Positions 37,001 to 46,751 are shown, counted from the stretch's first letter. The stretch is 64,000 nt of DNA from Deltaproteobacteria bacterium (GCA_040218735.1 JAVJQW010000017.1:32001-96000), one strand, 5' to 3'. Numbers and translations are program-made. The notes: a model not told the origin generated them from the letters alone.

Positions 37001-37683
37001 CGCGCGGGGTGCGTCTCGTTGGCGTCGCGGATGCCGTCGAGGTTCGCGTCCTCGATGTTGTCGGGGAGGCCGTCGCCGTCGGTGTCGACCGCGCGCGGGT
37101 TCGATTCGTCCGCGTCGAGGCGACCGTTCTGATCGAGATCCTCGAGGCCGTCGGGGATCATGTCGCCGTCGCTGTCGGCGTTGACGGGCGAAGTGGTCGT
37201 CGCGGGATCCGCATCCGCGATCGGCGGGCATCCGCTGCCCGGGACCGCCATGGTCACGCCGCGCTCGATGCCATCCGGGATACCGTCGTTGTCCGTGTCC
37301 GGATCGTTCGGATCCGTCTGCATCCCGTTGGGGTAGACGATCGAGAACTCTTGCGCGTCCGACAGCCCGTCGCAGTCGCTGTCGATCATGTCGTTGTTCG
37401 GGTTGTTCGGGTTCGCGCCGCCGTCGCGCGTGTTACCGCCGTCACGGTTTCCGCCGTCGACTTCACCGCCGTCGGGTACGGGGCCGCCGTCGCGGTTCGG
37501 ATCTTCGCCGCCGTCACGTTCGGGATCGACGCCCGTGTCGACGATGGTCTCGCCCGCGTCGCGCGGTGTGCCCATGCCGGGCGGATCTTCGCCGCAGCCG
37601 GAGCACGCGGGCATGAAACACGCGAGGAGCACGGCGATGCCGGCCCGCGGAATGAAGCTGGATGCTGCTGTCGTCCTGTGCAC
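34060..37683 (-). CDS. cglD: Adventurous gliding motility lipoprotein, CglD-like (TSP3-like Ca-binding repeats, vWA domain, Cys-rich tail)
   Basis: CSGC after the signal; many DTDGDG(L/V) repeats; MIDAS-like DISGS and VYISDE; C-terminal CxCxxxCxGxC repeats. Confidence 0.7.
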   Translation of the reverse strand: MHRTTAASSFIPRAGIAVLLACFMPACSGCGEDPPGMGTPRDAGETIVDTGVDPERDGGEDPNRDGGPVPDGGEVDGGNRDGGNTRDGGANPNNPNNDMIDSDCDGLSDAQEFSIVYPNGMQTDPNDPDTDNDGIPDGIERGVTMAVPGSGCPPIADADPATTTSPVNADSDGDMIPDGLEDLDQNGRLDADESNPRAVDTDGDGLPDNIEDANLDGIRDANETHPARRDTDGDLISDGLEDTNRNGMREPTETDPLVVDTDGDTLGDGEEDTNHNGMTEVFETNPLDPDTDCDGLSDGDELNVYMTSPLVPDTDGDGVSDGVELGVVMGVPGSACMGVPFDQDPTTVTDPLDMDTDGDGLADGVEDGNMNGLFEPGLGETDPNDDDTDNDMISDGDEVLAGFDPLDPNDPPAGSAPGINAICSTANLKQVNFDVGSSWTLASELSFTYSAITTAPASANVDVAAVDDTTANISGFVLRMPLLAGAATIQAQSAAIESQLQAAAGAENLSYAQRISGRIITSHDGYDTNVSNVVDLSVTTGTQNAAQVRNAMVRMFTGLPGASFTGLPTATGAPTNQHTFTYQVLLRSMPQELIVVVGGMDRTTYDDVTNNAAIFIQDLTNGTALALANAERDKDCDPFTAAGQSVADFIWMADISGSTDDDRGRIFTAANSIVAALSANNVDFRMGVVPHSENDYNQGAGNGGDLRGAGFVRDPNLFASYLQDTSGSDGCEFGLEAADNAIAKALPRSAAGVEQPRRLRSDAVLAVVYISDEYPQELTMQSAQNCFGYNPTCNTGVGDYYVTNNNNTCSTVPNTAQQNCIDTLLTPYINTITNNNGVAFAQVIPVGTPTVCTGYGCGGPLDQPANEPGRGYLDVVQATMGASYSPCNNSPGQALQAIIDAVAGAASQYTLSGPPISSTIRVGVVPQGSMTVTTVPRDRDNGFDYDPASNSIFFRGFNFRPAQGDLVVISYRNWQPPDDPCGPCQVGQNCDPQLGICVCDQAICNACGANQECDADCNCVCAPDCNGNCGPNEVCNPNTCACECAPDCGGACGNGTVCNQGTCTCECDPTCGGQCTGNLNCNSTTCNCECPTDCGGACQGNTICNSSTCDCTCDPTCNDSCPGLSVCDPTMDCSCICPTDCGGCPDGTMCNASSCTCECDPTCDSACENNEVCDPNNSCQCVCPADCGGCAPNETCDFADCRCVPIV
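34063..34745 (-). repeat. Cys-rich tandem protein repeats (~22 aa unit)
   Basis: Repeated C-x-C-xPxC-xGxC...CN pattern. Confidence 0.85.
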
Positions 37684-37838
37684 GTCGGTTCCTCGACCCC
37701 GTCTACTCGCCTAGCACGGCCCTCGGCCGTTCGTCAGGATTCGAGCGACGTGTCCCCATTCTCCAGGGCAAGGGTCCGCGTTACAAATCGGTACTTTGCC
37801 GAAACCCTTGACCGTAAGGTCGAGCGGGCGCGGGGGGG

Positions 37839-39224
37839 CTAACGGGGGGGCGCGGGTGCCGCGGGTGCGACCTGGGGCTCGATCCGACGACTCGCGTCCC
37901 GGACGAGGCGCTCCGCCTCGGTCTTGCGGGTGAAACCAGGTACCCGGCTCGCACGATCCGCGAGACTCACACACACCTCGTACCGGCGCTGATCGCGCTC
38001 GAAGTAGGCCCAGCGGAGCAGGACTTCACCTTCGCTCGGCGTCCCACGGACCCGCTGCGTCGCCCGTCCGAAGATGCGGCGGGCGCTGTCGTACTGCTTG
38101 CGTGCAATCTCCTGCTCGGCGGCCTTCACCATCGCGGAGGCGAGGTTGGCGGCGCGTTGCGCCTCGGAGAGCCCGTCGTCGAGGGTCGCCGAGGCCCGGA
38201 GCTCCTTGTCCGCCTGGGCGCGAACCTCGGCCTTCGACGCGACCTTCGCCTCGGCGGGCGCCTCGGCGACCGGCGCCTCGTCGACCGACGGCGCCTCCTC
38301 GAAGCGCCGCTTGGCCCCGAGCGAGCGCACCGAGGGCTTCGCGGGGGTCGGCGTCGACGTCGGTCGTTTGGCGTCCGCGGTGTCCGCGGCGTCCAGCTTG
38401 GTCACCGCCTGGCGGGTCGACTCCCTCGCGATCGCGCCTTCGTCGGCGGGCGTCGCGGCCGACGGGCCGGCGGCCCCGCCGATCGGCAGGTCGGGCACGT
38501 CGGACGGGTCGGGCGCAGCGGCGCCGCCGCTCGCGGACCCGGTCGCGGGCGCCCGAGCGCTCTTCTTGGCCAACGCATCGAACGACGGGCTAGGCGGCGG
38601 CGGCGGCGGCGGGGGCTTGCGGGCCGCGCGCGCGCGTCGGCGCTTCGGCGTGCGGCGCGCCTCGTCCTCGCGGTCCCCGTCGATGTCGTCGGCGCGTTCG
38701 AAGCCGTCGCGCTCGAGCTTGGCCTTGTCGCCGAACGCCAACGCCTCCTCGGCTTCCTCGACGGGCTTCGGCTCGGGCGCCGGATCCTGCGCGGGGGCGT
38801 CTGCCGAGCGCGCCGACGCCGTGACGCCGGGCGGGATCGCCTCGGTCGTCGTCTGCGGCTCGGCCATGAAGCTGGTGACGTTCACGCTGACCACGGCGAC
38901 GACGGCGAGCGACGCCGCGGCGGCCAGGCCGAAGGCGGGGGTCAGGAGCAACTTGCGGAAGCGACCGAAGAACGACGACGCCTCGCGCTCCTCCTGGACG
39001 GCCTCGGCGGTCTGGCGAGCCGTGGCGAGGATCAGCGCGTCCAGGTGTTTCGACGGCTCCTCGTCCTCGAGCTCGCGCATGACGCCGAGCGTCTCCTCGA
39101 GCCCCTCCACCTGAGCGGACAGCGCGGCGTCCTCGGACATCGCCTGCTCGAAAGCACGCGCGTCCTCCTCGGACATCTCGTCGAACAGGTAGTCGACGAG
39201 CTGGCTGTCATCGTAACGGCTCAC
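37839..39224 (-). CDS. Membrane anti-sigma factor with low-complexity linker and TPR-like C-terminus
   Basis: LVDYLFDEMSEEDARAFE anti-sigma N-domain (no HxxxCxxC); one TM helix; directly follows the ECF sigma gene. Confidence 0.78.
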   Translation of the reverse strand: MSRYDDSQLVDYLFDEMSEEDARAFEQAMSEDAALSAQVEGLEETLGVMRELEDEEPSKHLDALILATARQTAEAVQEEREASSFFGRFRKLLLTPAFGLAAAASLAVVAVVSVNVTSFMAEPQTTTEAIPPGVTASARSADAPAQDPAPEPKPVEEAEEALAFGDKAKLERDGFERADDIDGDREDEARRTPKRRRARAARKPPPPPPPPSPSFDALAKKSARAPATGSASGGAAAPDPSDVPDLPIGGAAGPSAATPADEGAIARESTRQAVTKLDAADTADAKRPTSTPTPAKPSVRSLGAKRRFEEAPSVDEAPVAEAPAEAKVASKAEVRAQADKELRASATLDDGLSEAQRAANLASAMVKAAEQEIARKQYDSARRIFGRATQRVRGTPSEGEVLLRWAYFERDQRRYEVCVSLADRASRVPGFTRKTEAERLVRDASRRIEPQVAPAAPAPPR

Positions 39225-39227
39225 GGC

Positions 39228-39800
39228 TCAATCCTCTTTCGTCACACCCTGGGTCTTCAGATGTTTACGCAAGTGTTCCAACGCGTAACGCATCCGACTC
39301 TTCACTGTGTTCTCCGGCACGCCTACGGCGTCCGCGATCTCCTTGAACGCCATCCCGGCCTGCTCGCGCATCACGAACACCTCGCGCTGCTCATCGGAGA
39401 GCGACGCGATGGCGTCGGTCAGACGCTTCCGAAGACGGATGCTCTCTGCGCCGCGATCGGTCGTGACGGAATCTTCGTCCGCCATCCGGTCACCGAGCGT
39501 CGAGCCGCCCTCTTCTCCTTCCTTCAACGGTTGGTCGAGCGATGCGGTCTTGCGATAACTCGCCTTTCTGATCGCATCGATGCAGTGGTTCCTCGCAATC
39601 GTATAGAGCCACGTCGTGAACTTGGCCTGTCTTTCCCAGTCCTTGGCCGATCGGCAGACGCGCAGGAAGACCTCCTGCATCGCGTCTTCGGCCGCCGCGG
39701 GATTCCCGACCATCTTGAGACAGAAGTTGTAGACGGGGCGCCGGTGCCGCTCCAGGAGCTTCTCGAACGCCCGCGCGTCGCCCTTCTTGAAGGCGGTCAT
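39228..39800 (-). CDS. ECF sigma-70 factor (true start may lie up to ~150 nt upstream)
   Basis: GDARAFEKLL, AEDAMQEVF, FTTWLYTIARNHCID, EIADAVGVPENTVKSRMRYA. Confidence 0.9.
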   Translation of the reverse strand: MTAFKKGDARAFEKLLERHRRPVYNFCLKMVGNPAAAEDAMQEVFLRVCRSAKDWERQAKFTTWLYTIARNHCIDAIRKASYRKTASLDQPLKEGEEGGSTLGDRMADEDSVTTDRGAESIRLRKRLTDAIASLSDEQREVFVMREQAGMAFKEIADAVGVPENTVKSRMRYALEHLRKHLKTQGVTKED

Positions 39801-39976
39801 CAGGCGCGCGTCGTCCTTGTCGCGGGCCTCCTTCTCCGGGTCGACGGGGCGGCGGCGCTTGCGCCGCGCGGGTGCGGAGCCGGAGGGATCGGCGGGCGCC
39901 GCGGCCTTCGCCGCGCCCTCTTCGCCCGCTTTTCCGACTTCCGCCTTGATGACTCGGTCCCCGCTCGCCGGTGACG

Positions 39977-40714
39977 CTATCTCGAATCGGCGCCCGGTGC
40001 ATCGCCCGGACGTCCGGGGAGCTTCGGCAGGGCCGCGAGCAGCTTCTTCGTCGCCTCGGTGCTCGGTGTCTCGAACAACGCCTCCGCCGTCGCCATTTCG
40101 ACGAGCGCCCCGTCCGCCATCACACCGATGCGATCCGCGAGCCGTCGCGCCGCCCAAAGATCGTGGGTGACGAACAACATCGCGAGCGCGAGCGAGGTCT
40201 TCAGCGCTTCCAGCAGACCGATCAGCTGCGCCGCCACCGACACGTCGAGGCCGGCGAGGGGCTCGTCGAGGATCAACAGCTTCGGCGACGTCGCGAGCGC
40301 TCGCGCCACCGCCACCCTTTGCTTCTGACCACCCGAAAGCTCGTGCGGCCGCTTCGCGAGGACCGACTCCGGGAGCTGCACCTGCTCGACCAACCCGCGA
40401 AGCATCGACAGCGTCGGGCGCTCCCCCCGCACCACCCAAGGTTCGGACAGCGTGCGCTCGACGGTCCACCGCGGGCTCAACGTGTGTCCGGCGTCCTGCA
40501 AGACAACTTGCATCTCGCCCCGCGGCGGGTGCTGCACACGGCCCGCCGTACAGCCCTCCAACCCACACGCGAGGCGCACGAGCGTCGACTTCCCCGAGCC
40601 ACTCTCACCGACGAGCGCGACGACCTCCCGCGGAGCGACCGCTAGCGAGACGTCGGCGAGCGTGAAGCTGTCGTAGGTCTTGCCGACCCCTTCGAGTCGG
40701 AGGAGGTCGCTCAC
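39977..40714 (-). CDS. ABC transporter ATP-binding protein (OppF/DppF-like)
   Basis: GESGSGKS, LSGGQKQR, ILDEP, VTHDL. Confidence 0.92.
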   Translation of the reverse strand: MSDLLRLEGVGKTYDSFTLADVSLAVAPREVVALVGESGSGKSTLVRLACGLEGCTAGRVQHPPRGEMQVVLQDAGHTLSPRWTVERTLSEPWVVRGERPTLSMLRGLVEQVQLPESVLAKRPHELSGGQKQRVAVARALATSPKLLILDEPLAGLDVSVAAQLIGLLEALKTSLALAMLFVTHDLWAARRLADRIGVMADGALVEMATAEALFETPSTEATKKLLAALPKLPGRPGDAPGADSR

Positions 40715-43101
40715 GAGTCGAGCGCGGCGATGAGCTCGTCCTTCGTCAGGATGCCCTTCTCGATGAGGAGCCGTCCGAGGGCCAGCACGAGCTGCGCGCG
40801 GTCCGCGCTGCTGAGCGCGTCGTTCGCCATCAGGTCATCGACGAGCCGCACCGCCTCGGCGCTCGGCTCGGGCGCTTCGATGTCGATCGACGGCCCCGAC
40901 TCGGTATCACCCGTCGGCTCGCCCTCGAGCTCGGGGGGCGGCGGCGCCGGCTCCCAGAACGCACCATCGAGCGCCGACAACACCGAGTTGCGATCCACGG
41001 TGTCCTCGGACGGCGTTGGATCGTCCGCCGCCTCTTCGAGGTTGGGAGCGTCGTCCTTGTCGTCGACCGTCGTCTTCTCGCGCGGCGGCGGGACGAACGT
41101 CTCTTCGTCGTAAGGGCTGGGGAGCGGCTCGGCGCCGAGCGCGGCGGTCGCGGCCTCTTCGCGCAAGAGGGCTTGCACGTCGGACGTGTCGATCCGCGGG
41201 TTCGTCGGCTCGTCCTCCGCCTGCGGGGCCTTGGGCGCCGGCGGCTTGGCGACCTGTCGGTTCGACTCGTCGAAGAGCCGCGTCGCCGGGGCGGAGGCGC
41301 CGTCCTGCCACGACCCGAACGGCGCGAGCTCGGCGCCCGTGTCGTCGTTTTTGTTCTCGCTGCTGTCGTCCATCAACGACATCAGGCTCGAAGGCTCGAT
41401 GACCGGCACCCGATCGGCGTCGGAGTCGTCGGACGGGGTCATGCGCGCCGGCGCCTCGGTGCCGAGCTGCTTGGCCTCGACGCTGGGACGCGGCACGTCG
41501 GGCTTCGACGGCTCGGGCTTCGGGAGCTCGGCCTTCGACTGCGGACGCGGGACGACCGGCGCCTCGGTGGGCGGCTCGAACTTGATGACGTCGCTGTCGA
41601 GCGGTTCGAGCGACACCTCTTCGATCGCCGCGATGACGTCCTCGTCGCTCCCGCTCGGCTTCCCGGGCGGAGTCTCGACGAACCGCGCCTTCACCTCGGC
41701 CGGCGACGACGGGATGTCCGAGGCCCCGGCCAACCCGGGCGGACGTGCCTTGTCGGGCGGCGGCGGGACGAACTCCTCACGATCCCAATCGATCGCGGGG
41801 ATGATGCCGGTCTTGTCGAGGCCGACCGGGATCTCGTCGATCCCCGGCCCGTCGAATGGGTGGTGCTCGTCGGCGAACTCCACCGGGACTTCGAGTGTCC
41901 CCGCGAACCGACGACGCTGCTCGGGCGAACGTTTCTCGGGCGGCTGCGTGCGCGCGTCGTGGACACGCATCTGGTGCTGCAGCTCGGCGGCGCCCAGCTC
42001 GCTCAGCTCGAGCTGGCTGGTCTTCAGATCCTCGTCGTCATCCGGCTCGTCGAGCAACGCGAGGTGCTCGAGCGACGCCTCGGTCGTCACCGGGTCCTTC
42101 TTGTCGGCGGCGTCCGCGTCGGAGGCCGCGAAGCTGGCGAGCGGGTTGTCCGGCTCCCCCAGATCGCCGAACGCCTTGACCGCGAGATCCCACTGCCGGT
42201 CGATGTCCGAGACGGGCGCGTCGGCGGCGTCGGAGGATTCGATCTTCCCGAACGGTCCGGGATCGATCCGCGTGCTCACGCTGTCGGGCGGATCGAGATC
42301 CTGCGGCATCACCGGGAGATCTGCGGACGCCTTCGGTTGCGGTGCCGCGGTCTGCGACAAGGAGAGCGCGTCGAGCTCGGGGGGCCGCGCGCTGTCGATC
42401 AGGGTCGCCTGATCGAAGGCCGGGTAACGCGGTCGCGAGGACGACTCCGCGGCCGGCTTCACCGGTTGACCCGTCGGTGTCCCGCGGAGCACGGGGGCCG
42501 CGTCGGGCCGCCCCGAAGCGGTCCCGCCCGCGCGCACCGGCGAGGGCATCGTGGCCCGGGCGGAGAAGTCTTCGTTCTTGCGCAAGGGCGGCGGACGCAC
42601 GGAACCCGTCGCGGCCGGCGGCGGCTTCGGCGCTGCGGGGGCCGCGACGCGTCGGTACTGATTGGCGATCGCGAGATCGAGATCCGAAGCGGTCGCCATC
42701 AACACCCGCACCTGCCGACCGGTGATGCGTTGCACCTCGCCGATCGCTTCGGTGTCGAGCGGGTCGACCATCACGAGGTAGAGCAGCTCCGCCTGGTTCG
42801 TGCGTTTGATCGCGATCGGCAGCACGCCGTAGCGCTGCGCGACGTCGGCGGGGATCAGCTGCAACACCCGCTCGTGGATCTTGAGGTTCGAGACCGTCAC
42901 CGCCTCCAGCCCGAGCTTGGCGGCGACGGCCTTGGTGAGGCGCTCTTCGTCCAGCACGCGCCGGTCGGAGAGGACACGCGGCAAGCGACGCCCCGAGCTC
43001 TTCCCCTCGGCGAGCGCCGCCGTGAGCGTGTCGGGCTCGATGAGGCGCATCTCGACGAGGAGGTCGCCGAGGCGGCTTCGGTCTGGTCGTGGGTTCACCA
43101 T
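40711..43101 (-). CDS. MshEN/GspE-N domain protein with long acidic Pro-rich tail, no ATPase domain
   Basis: RLGDLLVEMRLI...; IPADVAQRYGVLPI, MVDPLD. Confidence 0.82.
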   Translation of the reverse strand: MVNPRPDRSRLGDLLVEMRLIEPDTLTAALAEGKSSGRRLPRVLSDRRVLDEERLTKAVAAKLGLEAVTVSNLKIHERVLQLIPADVAQRYGVLPIAIKRTNQAELLYLVMVDPLDTEAIGEVQRITGRQVRVLMATASDLDLAIANQYRRVAAPAAPKPPPAATGSVRPPPLRKNEDFSARATMPSPVRAGGTASGRPDAAPVLRGTPTGQPVKPAAESSSRPRYPAFDQATLIDSARPPELDALSLSQTAAPQPKASADLPVMPQDLDPPDSVSTRIDPGPFGKIESSDAADAPVSDIDRQWDLAVKAFGDLGEPDNPLASFAASDADAADKKDPVTTEASLEHLALLDEPDDDEDLKTSQLELSELGAAELQHQMRVHDARTQPPEKRSPEQRRRFAGTLEVPVEFADEHHPFDGPGIDEIPVGLDKTGIIPAIDWDREEFVPPPPDKARPPGLAGASDIPSSPAEVKARFVETPPGKPSGSDEDVIAAIEEVSLEPLDSDVIKFEPPTEAPVVPRPQSKAELPKPEPSKPDVPRPSVEAKQLGTEAPARMTPSDDSDADRVPVIEPSSLMSLMDDSSENKNDDTGAELAPFGSWQDGASAPATRLFDESNRQVAKPPAPKAPQAEDEPTNPRIDTSDVQALLREEAATAALGAEPLPSPYDEETFVPPPREKTTVDDKDDAPNLEEAADDPTPSEDTVDRNSVLSALDGAFWEPAPPPPELEGEPTGDTESGPSIDIEAPEPSAEAVRLVDDLMANDALSSADRAQLVLALGRLLIEKGILTKDELIAALDS

Positions 43102-43114
43102 CTCGACGTTTCGT

Positions 43115-43990
43115 TCACCGGCGGTTCACCAGCGAGAGGTACTCGTCGTGCGAGAAGACGCCCTTGTCGATCAAGAGCTCGAGCATCACGCGCAACGCTT
43201 TGGCCTGTTGTTTCTGGGCGCCATCGAGCCGTCCCGCGAGATCCAACGCGCTGCCCGGGATGATCGCCTGCCCCATCGCGGTCGCCTGCAAGCCCGGTTG
43301 CGCGCGAGGGCCGTTGACACCCGGCGGCGTCGACGACGGCGGCGCCGCGCCGTGGTCCGGATCGCTCGCGCTGTGCGTGACGGCGCGTGCCTGCGGGTTC
43401 CAAGGGCCCGGATCGTCCGGGGAGATCGTCGCGGCTTCGTCCGGCATCAGCCCGGAAGCCGCCATGGCCGCGTGGTACTCCGAGTTGATGTGCAGCTCGG
43501 ACGAGGTCTCCGACAGCTCGATCGAATCGGGGAGCTCGATACCGAACTTCGGCACCGGTCGCAGCATCTTCGCAATCGCGGCCTCGATCTCGCGGTGCCC
43601 GGCGATCGTCGTCTCGATCTTCAGGCCGGTGCGAAACCGCAGCTCGTCCATCGCCGTCACGTTCGTCGGATCGGCCGTCGCGACCACCAACACGCGGCGA
43701 CTCTCGTCGTACGCCTCGGGGCACAGCTCGTTGGACTTCGCGAACTGAACGTCGATCTTGTCGACGATCTCCGCGGGCAGCGGACCGCCCGTGAACGTCG
43801 CGCGGCTGACGCCGAGCTGCTTCGAGAGCGCCTTCACCAGCAGGTCCTCGGACACGAAGCTCATGTCGACGAGGATCTTCCCGAGCCGACCGCCCCACTT
43901 CTGCTGTTCGCTCAGGGCCGCCTTCAGCTTCAGCTCGTCGATGACGCCGGCACGCACGAGCAGCTCGCCTAGCCTGATCCTCGTGGCCAT
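43115..43990 (-). CDS. MshEN/GspE-N domain protein (likely c-di-GMP receptor)
   Basis: RLGELLVRAGVIDELKLKAALSEQ...RLGKILVDMSFVSEDLLVKALSKQ tandem motif; ATADPTN. Confidence 0.88.
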   Translation of the reverse strand: MATRIRLGELLVRAGVIDELKLKAALSEQQKWGGRLGKILVDMSFVSEDLLVKALSKQLGVSRATFTGGPLPAEIVDKIDVQFAKSNELCPEAYDESRRVLVVATADPTNVTAMDELRFRTGLKIETTIAGHREIEAAIAKMLRPVPKFGIELPDSIELSETSSELHINSEYHAAMAASGLMPDEAATISPDDPGPWNPQARAVTHSASDPDHGAAPPSSTPPGVNGPRAQPGLQATAMGQAIIPGSALDLAGRLDGAQKQQAKALRVMLELLIDKGVFSHDEYLSLVNRR

Positions 43991-44093
43991 CGCGGGAGGC
44001 CGAAACCTTAGCGCGAAAATGGGGACAGGGGCCACTTTTGGGGCGCGTCGCGTCCCAATCCAACACGTCGCCTGTCGGCCTACACGCTCCGGG

Positions 44094-44864
44094 TCAGAGC
44101 GGCTCCGCCTCCACACCGTCCGGCGGGACGAGCGTGAACAGGGTCGCGTCGAGGGGCACGTCCACGTCGGCTTCGGTCAGCTTGATGCGCACGTCGAGCC
44201 CGTCCATTCGGATCTCCATCGAGCGCGGCAGCGGTCGTCCGCCGGGCGTCGCCTCGAAGTCGTCGAACTTCACATGCACGCGCTCCGCGTGGTTCGTCGC
44301 GAACAGTTTCATCTCCTCGACCACGCGTTTCACCGGGTCGACCCTCAACCAAACGCGCTCGTCGAGGTTCGAGGTGAGCTCCAGCGCGAGCGCGTCCGTA
44401 TCCTCGATGCGCTCGACCTTCGCGGGATCGAACCGGTCGGACGTCGGCACCCCACCGAGCAGCGTATCCACGACCTCGCTCGCCTTCATCGACAGCGGCA
44501 ACAGGCGCGAGATGTTCTGCGGCGTCGCCCGCCCGGTCTTGAGGCGCCCCTGCGAGAGCAACCATAGGGTCTCGCCGTCACAGGCCATCACGTCGATGGG
44601 CTGCTCCAACGGAGACAGCGTCTCGATCCGAAACCGCCCCGGCCGCTCGGCGAGCAGGACCGCCTTCAGCCGAACCCGCCCCTGATCACCGTAGTAGGTG
44701 ACCCGCCCCAGCGCGCGGAGGTTCTTACGATCGTTGTCGGCCCGCAGCGACTCCAGCAGCGCCGCCGGCTCGGGGAGCGGCCGCATGTCGGTCTGCTCGG
44801 GCGGCGTCTTCGGACACCCGAAGGTTGAAAAGAGGAGAACGGCGATGAGACCCCAGGTCCGCAC
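44094..44864 (-). CDS. LolA/LolB-fold lipoprotein (DUF4292-like)
   Basis: Lipobox TFGC; RPGRFRIETLSPL; F...PPDG tail. Confidence 0.72.
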   Translation of the reverse strand: MRTWGLIAVLLFSTFGCPKTPPEQTDMRPLPEPAALLESLRADNDRKNLRALGRVTYYGDQGRVRLKAVLLAERPGRFRIETLSPLEQPIDVMACDGETLWLLSQGRLKTGRATPQNISRLLPLSMKASEVVDTLLGGVPTSDRFDPAKVERIEDTDALALELTSNLDERVWLRVDPVKRVVEEMKLFATNHAERVHVKFDDFEATPGGRPLPRSMEIRMDGLDVRIKLTEADVDVPLDATLFTLVPPDGVEAEPL

Positions 44865-44915
44865 TTCAAGGGCACCAACAAGCAGAGGACGGCGCGGATG
44901 TCCACGTGCGGGCGA

Positions 44916-46751
44916 TCATCGCGGCTTGGCCATCGACATGCGGCGCTTGAGCTTCTCGACGACGCGGTCCACGTCGGCGCCCCTCCCCAGCACCCGCGCG
45001 CGCACCTGCGCGGCGTACGCGGCCTTCGCGCGGGTGAACGCGGCGCGCGCTTCGTCGTCGCGCTCGAGTGCGACGAGCGCGTCGCCGTAGTGCTCCGCGA
45101 TCCGCGGATCGCGAGGGAGCAAGCGATGCGCACGCGCGAGGAACGGGAGGGCGCGCTCCGGTTTCTTTCGCTTGAAGAGAATGCGCCCGTACGCCGCGAG
45201 CGCCGCCGCGTCGTTGTAGGTGAGCTCGAGCGCCTCGCGCACGAGTCGCTGCGCCTCCGGAAGCGACTCACCGCGCTCCGCGAGGTACCCGCCCCAGAAC
45301 GTCAGGAGCGCGCCGTCGTCGGGGTTGCTCGTCAGCGCGCGCCGCACGGCCTTCTTGACCAGCGCGTCGCGCCCCGCGTCCGCGGCGACCTCGGCGAGGA
45401 GGACGTCGAGGCGACGGTCGTCGACGCCTTCCACCTCGCGCAGCGCGGCGATGCGCTCGAGCGCGTCGTCCAGCGCGACGTGGCGATACGTCAGCCACAC
45501 TTCGCGCTCGATCAACGCCGGGGCCGTCGGGTTCGCCGCGCGCGCCTCGGTGACCATCGCGAGGGCGTCGTCCGCGTGGCCGCGGCGGCTCTGCACCAAC
45601 GCGAGGAGCGCGACGAAGGTCGGGTCGTCCGGCTGGAGCTCGAGCGCCGCGCGCGCCGCGAGCTCGGCGCGATCCAGTTGCCCCATCCGCATGTGCAGAT
45701 GAACGATGCGGCGGCGCGCGTCCCCGAACAGCTCGCCGGGCGCCACGAGCTGCAGCTCGGCGAGCGCGCGCGCGTCGTCGCCGAGGTGATACCGGGCGAG
45801 CCCCACCGCGAAGTCGAGCTGCTGCCGGTTGTCGCTGTGCGTGCGCGCCTTCTCCAGCCGGACCACGGCCTCGGCGTAGCGGCCCTGCTCGAACAGGAGG
45901 TACCCGACGATCCCGTCGGCGCGCGGGTCCTGCATCAGCGCCTCCGCGCGACCGAGATAAGTATGGGCGAGCGCGTCCTCGCCGAGGATCAACTCGGCGC
46001 GCGCCGCGCCGAGGAAGGCGCGGGGATCGACGGGGTCTTGGCCGACGAAGCTCCTGAACCGCTCCGCGGCGCGCTCCGGTTCGAGGAGCCGCTGGTCGAC
46101 CTCGGCGAGGCGCTCGACGAGGTCGAGGCGGCTCGGGTCGCGGCGACGCGCGCGCTCGTAGAGCTGCCGAGCCGCGGCGTACCGACGGCGGGTCGTTTGG
46201 ATCTCCCCGGCCCACGCGAGCGGCTCGGCGCTCTGGGGCACGCGGTTCGCGGCGCGGGCGAGGACGTCGAGCGCCCGGCCATCGCGACCGGCGGCCCGGT
46301 AGATGCGCGCGAGATCCAGCCAGGCGTCGAGCGACGTCGGGTCGACGCGCAGCGCGCGCCTCAACTCGCGGACGGCGCGTTTTTCCTTCCCCTCGGCGAT
46401 CGCGACGGCGGCGGAGACCCGCCACGCCTCGGGATCGCTCCGGCCGAGGACGATCGCCCGGTCGGCGTGACGGCGGGCCTTGGCGACCCGCCCGAGATCG
46501 AGCTGCGCGCGCGCGAGGCGGATCGTGAGGTAGGCGGACTCGGCGTCGTAGACGAGGGCGAGCGAAAGCTCGTCGCTCACCTTCTCGCCGTCGCCGTGGG
46601 CCGCCGCGAGCTCGGCCCGCATCGCGTGGTAGTAGGCCTGGGCGCTGATGTAGCGACCGTGGGCACCACGGCGCGCCGGGCGTGGCCGGGCCTCGGCGTC
46701 GGGGCCGAGCGACAAGGCCACCGCCAGCGCGACGAACGACGCGGCCCTCAC
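44916..46751 (-). CDS. Exported tetratricopeptide-repeat protein
   Basis: GTG 46751 then signal peptide; numerous TPR helices; IAEHYGD near the end. Confidence 0.82.
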   Translation of the reverse strand: MRAASFVALAVALSLGPDAEARPRPARRGAHGRYISAQAYYHAMRAELAAAHGDGEKVSDELSLALVYDAESAYLTIRLARAQLDLGRVAKARRHADRAIVLGRSDPEAWRVSAAVAIAEGKEKRAVRELRRALRVDPTSLDAWLDLARIYRAAGRDGRALDVLARAANRVPQSAEPLAWAGEIQTTRRRYAAARQLYERARRRDPSRLDLVERLAEVDQRLLEPERAAERFRSFVGQDPVDPRAFLGAARAELILGEDALAHTYLGRAEALMQDPRADGIVGYLLFEQGRYAEAVVRLEKARTHSDNRQQLDFAVGLARYHLGDDARALAELQLVAPGELFGDARRRIVHLHMRMGQLDRAELAARAALELQPDDPTFVALLALVQSRRGHADDALAMVTEARAANPTAPALIEREVWLTYRHVALDDALERIAALREVEGVDDRRLDVLLAEVAADAGRDALVKKAVRRALTSNPDDGALLTFWGGYLAERGESLPEAQRLVREALELTYNDAAALAAYGRILFKRKKPERALPFLARAHRLLPRDPRIAEHYGDALVALERDDEARAAFTRAKAAYAAQVRARVLGRGADVDRVVEKLKRRMSMAKPR

